The notes below the pieces were generated by a model, which saw only the letters and a program-made list of their open reading frames with translations, ran no database searches and had not been told where the DNA came from. This document shows positions 10,746 to 24,085 of a stretch of DNA of 64,000 nt, one piece after another. Position 1 is the first letter of the stretch. Every line of letters starts with the position of its first letter. The position numbers and the translations under genes were made by a program. Source of the stretch: Moniliella sp. 'wahieum' (Eukaryota); NCBI GenBank assembly GCA_003971905.1, contig RSEE01000082.1, positions 124,001-188,000 on the forward strand. Direction: 5' to 3'.

Positions 10746-12591
10746 TCTGCCACATACTGCCAGATCAGGCAGTGGATTACTTTTCAAGCATTGCCAGGGT
10801 TAGACACGGAAAGGAGTACTAGAGAGGTGCGCCAAGGCAACGGCAAGTTGTTATAGGAGCTCAGGCCGGCAGCAGCCAGAGACTTCGCCTTCATCGCTGA
10901 ATCACGAAGAGAAAACATCATGGGACCACCGAGATGAAAAGGGACCCAAGGGCAAAAAGTAAGATCCAAGGGCCAGGTCGCACGGGCGGGTGAAGCGTCA
11001 TCGCGGTCGAGAAAGAGAGAATGATGAGCCAGGCAACCATACGGTGGACGATCTGTGCGCAAGCCTGCACATGTTCCGTATTCGTTGTTGGAGCACTTGA
11101 ACGCCATCTCCAGTCATCTAGTCATCCTGCTCAAAGGCGTTATCAGTGAATTGGTGGACAAGGACAAAACACAGGTAATGACCGTCGAGCCCCAGCGGAG
11201 GCAACCGTCACCGTCGACCGTCCGCTCGAAGCGCCCTTGTCGTTGATGTTCAACTCGCTGTTGGGAGGCATGACCGATATCTTGACGCGAAGGATACCAG
11301 ACAAGACCATCATGCCACCAGGCGTGGTCGACTCGGTTCCGTCAGCTGCGCACAGACGAGTCAGTACGACAGGCATCCGCCCGGAGGGCGCGGACATACC
11401 GAGGTCAGGAGCTTGCACAGCAAGCGCGTCGGCGGGGGGGGGCAGATAATGGTAGCGCAATGAGCCGGGCACATGACGCCAGCTCCGGTAGCACAGTGTG
11501 TGGCCAGCGAGAGAGGGCGGTGGCGGTGGTGGTGGTAGTCGAGAGGCGAGCGCATAGGCGCAGCTGCGTGCGGTTATAGGCGCAACCACAGGTGCACCCG
11601 CATGGCGCCAGTGTTGCCCCCCCACGCCACCGCTAGCTCTAGGCGCCCCCCTGCAGCCTGGGCGTTTAATATATAGATTCTTTTTAAGTTGTGCACTTGA
11701 GATAGTCGTGACAGCAGCTATATACAGCACGAATACTCCAGTCCAACTATCTCGTTGCGAAACAAGACCACATTCGCACAAGTCTCGGGCAAGACCGAAG
11801 AGAAATTGTCTCTTTACTCGCTCACCAAAACTAAGGCAATTGAGAAGGTGCACCAGCCTCGTGTGCATCGGAGCATCCAGTTTGCAGGAAACGATGTACA
11901 TTGTGTCTTTCGGTCGACCGCATTTTCCAGCTCATACATGTCCTCGAACCCTTCCATCCGCTCCAAGATCATGTCACAGTATCCCAAGCCCTGGTCGCCC
12001 AGGGCCATGGTCCAGGTCCTCAGGGACGGGTTCATAGAAGAACCACACAAGGGACGATGGGATCTGATCGGCAACACAAGTGACTGAGCCGATGGTCAGT
12101 AAGCATCCACGCCATCTGGCTATTCACATGTACCTTGGCGAACCTGTTCACTTGCTCGGTATTACCGCGCCTATCTTGCCCGTCTTGTGGCAACACGACG
12201 CCGACAGTGACTTGTGGTACAACATCGGGGCCAACTCGGCCCAGGCCGAGACGACCAAACTAACTGTTGAAGTTCACATGCAAAACGACACGTACCGTCT
12301 TTTTTGCCTAGGTGAACATGACCAAAAGCTGCACCTCAATGACGGCCATCAGTAAATTGGCTTGCACTCCACGGCGCAGCGGAAACTCTTGGCTTACTGA
12401 CTTCCATCCTGGCACGACATAGGCACGTGGGACGGGGAGGAAATGAAGAAGGGCATCAGCACCCTCAGTGCCACGGCCTGTGACCGAAAGAACTGGTCCG
12501 GCTCCAGCTGGAGGGATGGGCCAAGCTGGATGAGTTCAAGAAAGACGGGATGGGACGTCGGCGGTGCAGCGCTACGTGCTTAACCACTTTG

Positions 12592-15444
12592 TCAACTCTG
12601 CATAATCGCGATTGCAATGGATGTGCATAGAAAAAAAAAGGCAGTAGGGGGAAAGGGATTCTGTCGTTGCCGACGGTCTCCCGCTGGTTTCGCAAGGGGA
12701 CAACTAGGTCGCGGTGGGAGGCGCGTTCCTGTTGGGAAAAAACGTGTCGTTCCAGACCAGAAGTTTTTCCAGGGTATCGCCGTAGTCGTTCTGGGGCCCA
12801 AGGTTGGCCAGGTGATTGACGAAGCGGGTAAAGCGGTGTCAGTGCCATCTGTACCATACTCCATGGCCGCGATGATGGCTGCACAAAGCGAACTTCCCAC
12901 AGAAGCGGCGGCAGAGAGAATGTAATTCATCCTGCCGATATTAACCAATCCAGAAATTTTGTTAGAGAAGAGAGTTAGCCACATTCATCCCGTGAACAAT
13001 ACAAAGGAAAGATGGAGTAGTCGACGTACGCAATCCAATAATTCAACTGCCGACCACGGGAGAACAGTAGGTGAGTGACAGCCCCCCAGAAAAACCAGGC
13101 GGTCCAGCAAATCGGTGAATAAAGTGAGACTTGCGATACACCACCAAAGAAGAGCGGCCAATGGATCGAGCGGAGGTGAGCGAAGTGATTCCAGTGAGGA
13201 GACATGCGTCCGGCAAAGTACAAGATCAGTGGTGCGACTGCGCCAATAAGGAAAAAGTACAGAGTCCACTGGTATTGGTGCAAGAACCCGTTCTTGTGAG
13301 GCCCGACGCCAGTCCAATATATGGGGTCGTACAAACCTAACCCGCGATTCGGTAACGGCGTTGATCTGCAGCGCATCGGAACTCCACCCCACCCAGATTC
13401 CACTTTGCAAACATTGAGCAGGCCAATTGGGTTCCCACGAGTACAAAGAAGGTGATCCGTGGGGGGATCTTAAAGTAGACTGCCAGCTTGGAGCAGCCAC
13501 AGTAGAGCATGGCTTGTGTGATGCTTCCCGCGCAGAATATCTGAAAGAGCGGTAGGATGGTCGTGTGCCCAGGCAGAGAAGCATAGCAATCAACGTCGCC
13601 AAGTGCTCCACACACTTCAGCTCCACCGACGTCCGGCCCAACACAATGCCCACTGGAACAATGAAGATTGCAGCCAGCGCGAGGCAAGCACAATCGCCCA
13701 AACCGGTACCGAGGTGTGGTACACGTGCACCATGGGGATGGCAAAGACAAATGCAACCAGAAGTAAACACAGGTACCACCAGGTGGGAACAGCCGGGTAG
13801 CGGGCGAGTTGGCGGGTGGGGGGTCAGTCGAATCAGCCACGTTGGACACCTTCCACCAGCGGCGTAGGTCGCCCCCATGGAAAAGCGGGGTGTGAACGAG
13901 TAAGGCGGTGCAAGCAGCATAGGAAAACGCCCAGGTCATGACGCTTGTGGAAGAAAAGTATCCCTGGGGTGGTCGGGTGAATCAAATTGGGGAAGATCTA
14001 GATCCATGTCTTGGGGCAAGGGGTTGATATGCATGTCGGTGGCATGCAGCTGTGGGTACCAATCACGTTCATAACAGTATAGGGAAGGCAGGCCGCTATG
14101 GTTCTGTTTGTGAAAAAGATCGGGAGGGCAATGACCCACATGGCAACGGCGTACCCAAAAAACGTTGACCAGCGCGCCCCATGGTACGATCAAGGGTGAA
14201 TTCAACGCTGTGATCACTAAATTCCAGTTCAGGGACCAAAAAGACCAGCCCATGCCACCCTTTGAATCAAACAAAAGATTGACCACAAAGTTAGACGGAG
14301 CAATCCACGTCGGCCACTCACCTTCCCAGAGGTGGATAGAAGAATAGTGGGATCCAGTGCCAGACGAACATGACCGTCGCCGCAATCCAGAAGACGCGGC
14401 GACGGTTCCATTGCCACGTCGAACCCCGGTAAGGCCGTCAACATGCACTCGTCTGAAGCTGCTGAGGAGCAGCTCGCCAGGCCAAATGAGAAGACGTGTG
14501 GCAGACCGGCCAAGGCAAATCCAAAGAATGGGGTCGAGAGGTAAATGAGAAAGAGGAAGCCGGGTGGGAATGTGTTCTCTTGTTTTGTGCCACCCTCCGT
14601 CAATATGGACATTCCGGCCAAGTATTGCACGGTTAGGTTGGGTCCCATGGCAACCGCAGTGACGATGGTGCAGATCCTGCGCGAAATAATCACAGTTGTC
14701 AGACAAAGGTCTCCTTCACTGCAACTCAATTTCCCGGAAGTTGAGACGCACGCATGTTCCTTGAGGTTAAATGGGCCCGGGTTGATGAACCAAGCCAGGG
14801 GCCAGTGCGATGGGTACGGTATTTGCGATAGCGCAAACCCCAAACAGTAGGTGAATGGCTTGTACCAACACCGCACTTGTAGACACAAAGATCTGTGGGT
14901 TGATCCAGTCTCCTGGGTCTCCATAGCAACGAGGGCGGTGGTGATTCCGAGGGCCAGCACAATAGAAAGCAGCCAGGTGCGGATCGTGTTGAATGGCATA
15001 TCTGGGTCGTCTTCGTTAGGCACGACGGCACGCACCCGCGCATCAACATGTCCAGAACCTTCTCCTCCTCTGTGTCATTTTCATCTCCATTGTTGGCGCC
15101 TTCACCCCACTGGCCCGATCCCCGGTTTTCGTTCATCGCGGGTCGTGTCCCAGAGGGTTCATCATGTGGACTCAGCAGTCGGTCGTTGTGATAGAGCGCG
15201 TTTTCCAAGAGCGACTCTGTTTCGATGCCATTCTCGTTGTCGTCCTCGTCTGTGTTTGTGTTTGTGAACGAAAACGGGGTAGTGTTCTTGTACGTCGCGT
15301 GGTTTGTTGGTGTTATGCTATGAGTTGTGAGAGGCCAAGAGAGTCGACGGCATCCGACGTGGACGCAAGGTCCGAGCCTTTGGAAAGTGGGTGGATCCGT
15401 TCCTCGTCTGCTTGTTTGATCCCACTCGAGCAAGGAGTCGACAT
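12592..15444 (-). CDS. Divergent OPT-family oligopeptide transporter; many frameshifts, possibly a pseudogene
   Basis: RAVVPNEDDPDMPFNTIRTW, INPGPFNLKEHAC, IWP, SLNWN...SPL..PW, YFKIPPR, IHWPLFFGG and NYILSAA motifs occur in order. Confidence 0.85.
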
Positions 15445-16214
15445 GATGTCTCTAGCCTTTTGTCTTGCTTGTGGTGTTGGCGTTAGTGCTCTGTGTTACT
15501 GTTGGTGGTGGTGGTAGTGAGTAACAGTGATTGCGAGTTGATCTTGCATTTATACTATCAGAGGTCGTCGTCCCAACTCCGTTCTGACTCGCAGGTCCTC
15601 ATCAAATGCTCCGTTCCTCGCTCTCTCACTCATATCATGCTCTTGTATTATATGCACTCGAGCCCGGAGGTGATTGACATCCCAGCTACGCCAAAGGAAC
15701 GCAACACCTAACCACAGAAGCGCAAAACCCCACGAACGGCATATTGGTACGGTCGTCGATCCCTACTCACTTACTATTATCCACGCATTCCCACCTAAGG
15801 ATTAGTTTTATCGACTACATAGTAACCCCCTGTTGCATCAGTTCCGATGAACCTGGATTTAAACCCCCCCCTCAAAGTGAATACCACGTAGCGACGCTAG
15901 CTCTGACCTGCAGACACCTAGTCTCTAAACCACAGATGATCAGCGAACAGTAATCAAGTGGCTGTGCGCTGTATACTATAGTATACGCGCTTGAAAGGCC
16001 TGCGATGTACCATTCTCAAACCTTATATAACTGCAGGAACTACGGCAATAACATTGCGACTAGCAACACACTCTCGCTTACCCAACTTCTGGCTGACGCT
16101 CTCAATCGCACTTTTGACAACTTAATTAGATGGCTAATCGCGTCGCCAACTCGTCAAGACGTTTTGATTTGGGCCATTCGTCTCCGAATCGGACAAGTGT
16201 TCGTATGACAATGG

Positions 16215-16242
16215 TGCATGATGCATGATGCATGATGCATGA
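16215..16242. repeat. (TGCATGA)x4 minisatellite
   Basis: Read directly from the sequence. Confidence 0.85.
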
Positions 16243-19200
16243 TATATGATCGTTAGCATGTGCAATTGTAAAAAGGGGTGTTGTCCCTTGCATCTATGTT
16301 ATACCCTACGTGGTCCGACACCCCCTTGACTGAGATCTCACCCGAGCTAACTGTTATGCATTATGATGGACATTAGCGTTGTCTGTATCGCCAGATCCAC
16401 TGGGATATGTGGGTGGTACTTGCCAATGCGCATGCCCCTCACTCAATATCAACCTCAGATCATTGGCAAACAGAGAGGGAAACTGCCAGTGATCAGAGCA
16501 CTAGTAGTATGGCTATATGGCTGCTGTGTACTAGGATTGATTGAACTGCAAGTGGGACGCTGTAGCGCTTCAAAACTCGAGCGAAATCCATTCAATCACT
16601 GCACAGCAGGGCTCGTCATCAGGACGTGGCATTGTCGTGAGGCTGGTTTTGATCTGCTGATCTCCAGTGAAAAAGACCACATGAGTGGGGTCTTGGAGCA
16701 GAAACTTGTCTGGTTGAATGGGCCTAGGGTGGTGTCAGGATCCCATTTGAAGTTGATCGCCTCGCGTGGGTGTACGGACTGGGGGTCCGGGTTACTTGTT
16801 ACGGGGCGCTTCGGTTATCTCCGGACGCGGAGCCCCGCATGTCGTAGACATCTCAGCCCAACACGCGTCAGTCCGCCGGTTATAGACTAGCGAGAGAGAG
16901 CCAGTCGACTCCTTATCTTTGCTGCGGATATCATCCGCGGCCCGCCATGGTCGCATGGGCTTATCGATACCTTGTCAAAACCCTTCCTGCTGCGCCCGAC
17001 TACGTAGCGTCAGCACCTTGGAATGCAAGGGCTGTGCATTAGTCTTGACCTCTAGTCTTTACCTCTCTGGGAAGTGTCCCGCATTCTGTCTATACCTGTC
17101 ATGAGGCACTTGACGGAGGCCTGGTTCCTTCTGCTGTATGTAAGAAGCCATGTCTAAGCTTGCTAGCTGTGGTCCTTGTCGACCATCCTGTCTTCTACCT
17201 TTGGTCTCCCCGACTATCAGTTCCTCTCTCGCCCTTCCACCTTCTACCACCCCTACGCTTACGAATTTACGAGTTACGTCAAGCGCACTGCAAGCCGCAG
17301 TTACTCTTATCAGTAGTGCTTGCTCTTTTTAGGACTCTGTCTGTTCCCGCTAACTACAGCATACTAAAACCGAGTGTGGTAACGCTGCGAGGAACACAGG
17401 ATAAAACTTCGGAGCTCCTGGACCCCTTCAGCTGGTCTAACGACCTACGTACACGGCTCCTACCTCGGAGGGTCTGGACTGCGGCCTTTGCACGCAGGCA
17501 GCCACCCAAACTAGAGGGTCTCTCCCTCGCCTCTACACCCGCTCGGTTCAACCAGGATCTGGAGCAGGACCTAACGTACGAGCCACCGATCGATCTGTCC
17601 AAGGTTTATACCCCTAAACTACAGGGGGATCCCACCTCGGGACCCCCTCCATGACATTACTCCGGGACGGCTTCCTCAGTCTATACGGAGGTACGTTCGT
17701 GACAGTCAGAGGAGCATACGTCTTGTCAAAAACTCAAGGTTCCCGGCAGGACACGTATGCTAGTTGCCAATGGCAAGGCTCCAGTGGAACTGAGATGATA
17801 GCAGTGGAGGCATCACCGACGGGTTGGGGAAATGACCAACGAATTGGTTCAGAATGCCTACGAGCATGCCTTCAATGTGTACCGGCAGCGATCTGCGAAA
17901 TGACGAAGGATACGGGTGGTCTTCATCGTCACTGATGCCTCCCAACAGACCCGAAACCCCATTCTGAATGATACCCTGGGTGTACACAAAGTAATCCGGG
18001 AGCCTGTTGTCCCCGTTCAGAATATGTCTGATCCTAGATCCACACCTAGGCTCGTTCCTACTTCTCTCTGATTGGTACTAGTACCTCTCGTTCACTCATT
18101 TGCTTCCATTCACTTTTGCACCACAGTACGTTTTCTTGTTCTTTACTCAGAGCAGTCGCCTCACAACGCCTTTCCGATCATTGCCTCGCCTGTGGATCCC
18201 ACCTTGCCTTCTAGCTCCCATCAGCTGTGGCTAACCCTGTTTGACGATCAGTCTCTCTCAGAACTAAGAGCACCAAAGTAAGCTTCCCTGTTATTGGATG
18301 CTTACAGAACGGAAACCTCCATTTGCTACACCCGAAGGGTCCGAGTTGGTTAGTGTGTGTACCAGGCGAGACCAACATGCAAGGCGGGAGGAAAGAGGGA
18401 ATGGGGGACGCACGTCGCCCAAGGAAGATGTCCGTCACTTGTCCGTCCAGCTCCTGCCCCAGTGGAACAAGTTCTCGCACTACCAGTTTTGGCGAGCAAG
18501 AGTATTTCGGTGTAAGATCCATATCGTTCCCCACGTTTCCCTATTGGCCGTATCCATGCATCCCACTTAACTATGATGCGGTTTGCGCACAAGGAAGCGT
18601 CCCAGTGGGTGAACTGCCATACAAGGTGCATGAAGATGTATGAGGACCGCAAAACGCATACTGGGGAGCAAAACTGACACACAGCCGCCTTCTGGGAGCC
18701 CAATGATGCACAATTCATGATTGGCTGTGGAACACACACAGAAAGTGCCTATTCATCCAAGCGACAACCGGGGGATCGGCATGCCGGAATAGGTGCACCG
18801 AAAGTCATATGCACCTCCTCCAGCTCTTCTCCAAGGTTGGATCCCCAGTTACTTCAGTCTTAACATCGCAACTGCTGCATACCTGGTTTATTAAACCTTG
18901 TAAGGGTGTTCTAGGGTGGCCCACTTCCCGGCTCTCGATCCCGTGCTGTTTGCGCGCTAATGAGCACAGAGTCAGGGACGGATGAGATGAGAACCGTGCG
19001 CATCGTGCTTCAATACTGAGGATATACCAGCTGAATAGGGAGGGAGGGAGTTTGGGGCCCGGCCAAAGCAAGACTTCATATCTTACTGCCAATGAAGAAG
19101 AGTATTTTGTCAACCGTAACCGCACTCGCAGTTGCCGTGGGAACCACCTACATGGACCCTTTGGCTACTCCCTTCGCCATGCTCCGCTCCTCCCTGGGTG

Positions 19201-19985
19201 TAGCGTTTATCCCTGGGACCGACCCCCCACCCTTTCTTCCCAATCGGGGGTGTTAGCGGCGGTAAGGCCAGGCAAGGCGGGGCGAGTGGCATGGGGGGAT
19301 GGTGGCACTCAACTTGCTTGCCACTTTGGATCTGCCCCTGCGGTCCTCGTTCCCGCCCGGGACGGTAAAGCATTACTGCGACTGACCACTTTCGCACTCG
19401 TGAGGGTGGGCCTGGCGAAAAGGGAGCACGGAAAGCTCCAAGAAATTAGCTGGTTCGAAAAAATGTGGCTACGGTATCGAGGTGCTGCGCGCGTGGTTGG
19501 CCACGATGTGCATGGCATCGCTCACAGCAGTGATGGCCGTAGCACAGCAGCAGCAGTATGGTGTGGAGCAAACGCTAGGTGTGGAGACATGCGGGGCTGA
19601 CCACAGACCACTGAACGTACTGAACTCCTATCTTTGCATATGGCACCCGCATTTGTGTACCATTAGGAGAGGGAGCAAGCGAGAGAGGGGCAAAAGCAAA
19701 AGGCAAAGGCAAAGGTAAAGGCAAAAGGCAACGACAGACGCTAATGACAAAGGCATTGTTCACCCAGTGCACTGCTGCGACAGGAAAAAAGAGCAAATGC
19801 AGAACAGACGAGATCGCAGCAGACTGGACGGTAGGATGGGAGAGAGAGAGAGAGAGCGCGCGCAAAGGGGCAGGGGGGCAAGGGAACAGGGAGCAAGGCA
19901 GCAGGGGAGCAAGGGAGCAAAGGAGCAGGGAGGGAAGGGAGTATGGGCGCACCGCGGGCCTTCGGTGCGGGGGGGGGGGGGCAGA

Positions 19986-21832
19986 TTAGCGGAACCAGCC
20001 CTTCTTCTTCTTCTCTGCCAGACCGCCGGCTAGGTCGGCCGACGAAAGTCCTGCAGAATCTGACGATCCCGGCAGAGGAGGCAAGGCCTGACTGAGCGAG
20101 CGAGGCAACCCAAGCCCCGTACCCGCGAGTGGGGAGGGTGGCGCGCCCATCGCTTGGGGAGGCAGTGCGTGCGGTACAGATCGCAAGGAGGTAGTACTGG
20201 CCGCTGTGTGGGTAAGCGGCGACAGTGGTGCCTGCTGCCACTGGCCTGGCCTGGGACGAGGGTGCGGCAGGGAGAGGGCTGGCAGTGACGCCCGCCAAGC
20301 CGGAGAGACGCGTGCTGGCGCGCTTGTCACCATGTTGCAAGGCTGACTGGTACCATGCCTTGGCCTCGGGAGGATTGCGTTTGGTCCCGATGCCCATTTC
20401 GGTAAAGTAGCCCACGGCGTATTCGGCCTTGGCCAGTCCCTGTTCGGCCGCCTTTCGTGCCCAGAGGTAGGCCTCGGTATCGGACTGAGGCAGGATGCCA
20501 GGTGCGCCAACGAGGTACCACGCACACAGGGCAAAACACGATTCTTTGTGGTTTTGTTGCGCGGCAATGTTGTACATGTGAATGGACAGGCCTGGATCTT
20601 GGGCGCAGCCCATCCTGCCATACTCGTACGCCACGCCCAACTTGTACGCGCTGGGTGCGTACCCCAACTCGGCCGCCTGGGCCAAGAGTTCGGTCGCATA
20701 GGCGTAATCGACAAAGATGACATTATCAATCCGCGTTGGTGCAGTAGGGCGAGTTCGTGCAAGGCATGCGGGAACTCGGCGGTGGCCATGTCGGCCGACA
20801 ATTTGATCCACTTGACACCTTCCTTGGCGTTCTTTTTGAGCCCCAGTTCGCCGTTGAGCTCGGCGGTGGCCAAGCGGAACATGGCGCCCGGATGGCCCTG
20901 CGCAGCGGCCTTTTTGTAAAACTGGATCGCTTTCGACGAATCTTTGCGACAGCCCCAGCCGCGCTCGGTGCATGTGCCAGCACGGTAGGCTGCATCGGCA
21001 TGGGCGTGTTTGGCAGCCAGGACAAAGAGTGGGTAGGCCTTGTCAAACTGCGCCTTGCCCGACGAGGAGGCCAAGCCATTGGCGTAGCAGTCGGCGAGAA
21101 AGTACTGTGCGTCCGGGTGGCCGCGATCGGAGATTTTGCGGAGCAAGGCGACGGCCTCCTTTACCAGCTCGGACCGGTCCTGGGCAGTGGCGGGATCGAG
21201 GTTGTTCTGCGGGGAGCGGGAGGACTGAACCATAAAGACGGCCAGCTCGTACATCAAGTCGGGGTCCTGGACCTTTTCTGCATTCTTGCGGTAGAGCTCG
21301 AGGGTTTTTTCGTGGCTCAGCAACGAGGCCTGGGCACCGGGACGGAGAACTTGGCTGCCCTGCTCAAAGATGCGGCTGGCCGAGGCGAGGAAGGCGGGCT
21401 GGTAGCCGGCGCCAAAGGGAGACGAGGACTGCGGGGTGGCGGGGCGGCTGCTGACGAGGGAGGTGGTGGAGCCGATGAAGGAGGGGAAGGTGGCGATGGC
21501 GGCAGAGGCGCTGGTGGGCGTGGAGGAGCCGCGCGAGGCGGGTGGCGCGATCTGGTCGGCGATGGCAGGGGGGCAGGCCGGGGCGGGGGTGGGGTGGGGG
21601 CGGTCGAGCGGGGGCTGGAGGGGCTCGGGGGGCAGATGCAGCGGCGGGCGCAGGGCGCGGGGCGCACCGGCTGGGGTTGTAGAAGCTGTCGGGGGTGGGC
21701 GCGGCGGAGGAGGCGCGGGCGCGGGCGAGGCGGGCCGGGCGGGCGGCCGTCGAGGCTCAGCTGGGACACGAGTGCGTCCAGCCCGCCCGGAGGGGAGGCG
21801 GGGCCGGGGGCGGAGGCGGCGGGGAAGGCCAT
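19986..21832 (-). CDS. SKT5: Sel1-repeat chitin synthase regulator (SKT5/CHS4-like)
   Basis: HEKTLELYRKNAEK, GHPDAQYFLADCY, LAAKHAHADAAYRAGTC, AAAQGHPGAMFRL, WYLVGAPGILPQSDTEAYLWA and AEYAVGYFTEMGIG in ORFs 19986-22070 and 19741-20973. Start at 21832 or 21956. Confidence 0.9.
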
Positions 21833-22259
21833 GGCGGTGGTGGCGGTGGTGGTCGGGTAGTGGTGTGTGCGTCGTCGTCGTCGCCGTCGCTGCTGCTGGC
21901 GGCGTCGAGGCGCGTTCCAGCGTGGCAGGGCGGGATGAATATGGAATGGATGGCATCCATCTCTCAGAGCGATCAGCCTGATCGCTGAGCTCCGCCGTTC
22001 GCACCAACCCTAAGTCGGGGCGTGCTGTCACATGTGACATGTCACAGCGTGCAGTGTGATACCAAGTCACAAGTGCGTCACCGCCCTGTCACTGTGGCTG
22101 ACAAAACCAACGCCGCCCCACGCCGCCTGCCCGCCGGCGCTTCCCGCGGAAGCTGGGCCGCCGCTCGCCAGTGCGGGTGCCCGCCGCGTAGCGTCGTGGG
22201 TGGCGCGGCCCTGCGCCGGACACCCTCGCACGCCAACCCCACCACCACCGCCGCCCGCC

Positions 22260-24085
22260 ATGGCCCCCACACGCCCCACCCGTCCGCCTCGGCCTGCCGG
22301 GGCCACCACCCTCCGCCTCGTCCTCGCCCTCGCCCTCGCCCTCGCCCTCGCCGCCACCCCCCGCCCTGCCGCTGCGCACGGCAACCACGAGCATGCCGCC
22401 GAGGTGCAAGACGCCGTCCCCGTCGACACGGTCCTCTGGATCCACATCGCCCTCCAGTCCTTCGTCTGGCTCGTTCTCTTCCCCTTCGTCATGGTCCTTG
22501 GTCTCGTTCGCCACCGCCTCCATGTCCCCCTCGGCATCTTCGCCCTGCTCGCCACCACGCTGGGGTACGTGTTGGGGTACGCACACAAGGGCCGCACCTT
22601 CCCCTCCTCGACCCACGGTCCCATGGGCGGCGTCTTGATCGTCATCCTGGCTGGGCAGTTTGTGCTGGGCGTGTACCTCAAGCTGCACCGGCAACCGTTT
22701 GGCGTCTATGTCCACCAGGCGCTCCTGTTTGTGCATGGTCTGCTGGGCCGCCTCTTCCCTGTCTTGGGATGGACCCAGTGCTTACTGGGCATTGTTGCCT
22801 TCCGCGGGTGGTGTCGCGGCGGGCGCTTGGGCCAGTGCCTGGCACTACATTATGGGCAGCTCCATCTCTGCCTATGGTGTCATCCTCATCCTTTCCCTCT
22901 CTGCCGGTGGCTCCGCCTGGCTGGCCCGCCAAAACAAAGCGCAGGAGCACTACGAGGCCTGGCTCATCTTTCTCTGGGGCATGTTCAACACCTTTACTGA
23001 GCATCATGGTGGGCCCTGGACGCACAAAGATTTGCAGCACACCATGATGGGTGTGCTGTGGTGGACTGGTGGTGCGGTGGCGTTGTGGCAAACTCGGAAT
23101 GGACAACGCTCTGTCTTCCCCTCCCTCATCTTACTCTTGACTGGGTGGGCCATGGCCGCCCACTCGCAATCGCTGGTGCGCTTCCTCTACCCTGCCCTAT
23201 ACGGCACCCTGTTGGGGGCTTGTTGAAACGGAAGACTGACTGACTTGCCCAATCACTTTTTTTTGACAGATGCTTTCGACGATGGTACATGCGCTGTTTG
23301 GCTATGCTCTGTGCGGGGCATCGCTAGCGCGGATCGTCGAGATTTGCTTTGTGCTGAAAGAGCAGCGGAACGGCGACGAGGCCCTCACGGCCTCCGGGTC
23401 GGGCTCGGGGCGGGAGGAAGGCAGGACGGCGGGCCAACAAGCCGCCGCTCGTTCCCCGCGTGTCTTCTCCTACCTGCCCGCATACCTTATGGTCGCCGCC
23501 GGCATCCTCTTCATGTCCGCCACTGACGAGGAGCTGCACTGGGCCGACGACCAAGGTGTGGATGGCGGCACATGGGGCATGATTGACTTTTCAGTGGCCT
23601 TTTTTGTGTTTTTCTACACCTCCGTCTTGGTTGACCAGTACACGTCGTGGGGCGGGCGGTTTGGCCAACGCAATGCTGCGGCGCGAGGCACAGGACCCGA
23701 TGCCGAAGCGGCAGCTGCTTACCAGGCTGTCGCAGGCAACGAGGAGACCGAGGAGACCGAGGAGATGGAGATGGAGGATCGCAGGCGCTTGTCCGTCGAC
23801 GGCCAGCTGTCTGGGGAGGAAGATGCCGTTCCGCTCACCCGTGGCTCTCCCAAGCATACCTCCCACCCTCTTCGTTGCGGGCCGAGTCGGTTGGTGAGCC
23901 CTTGAGCCATATGGCGCGCGGTGATGAGCTGCGCAGTGGGACGGGGGTCTTCGCCACTGAGGCCATCTCTTCCGGACCCACGCCTCTCCACCTCTTCCGA
24001 TCCGCACCATGTACTTTGGTCGACGCATGACGACCCGGAACACGACCCGTTTGCCGACTCGGACGATACGGCGACGCTGGCCTGA
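22260..24085 (+). CDS. YTP1: YTP1-family multipass membrane protein
   Basis: Signal peptide, then LWIHI, CRGGRLGQCLA-HYIMGS, NTFTEHHGGPWTHKDLQHT, GWAMAAHSQ, an intron at ~23176-23269, STMVHALFG and LFMSATDEE. Confidence 0.88.
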
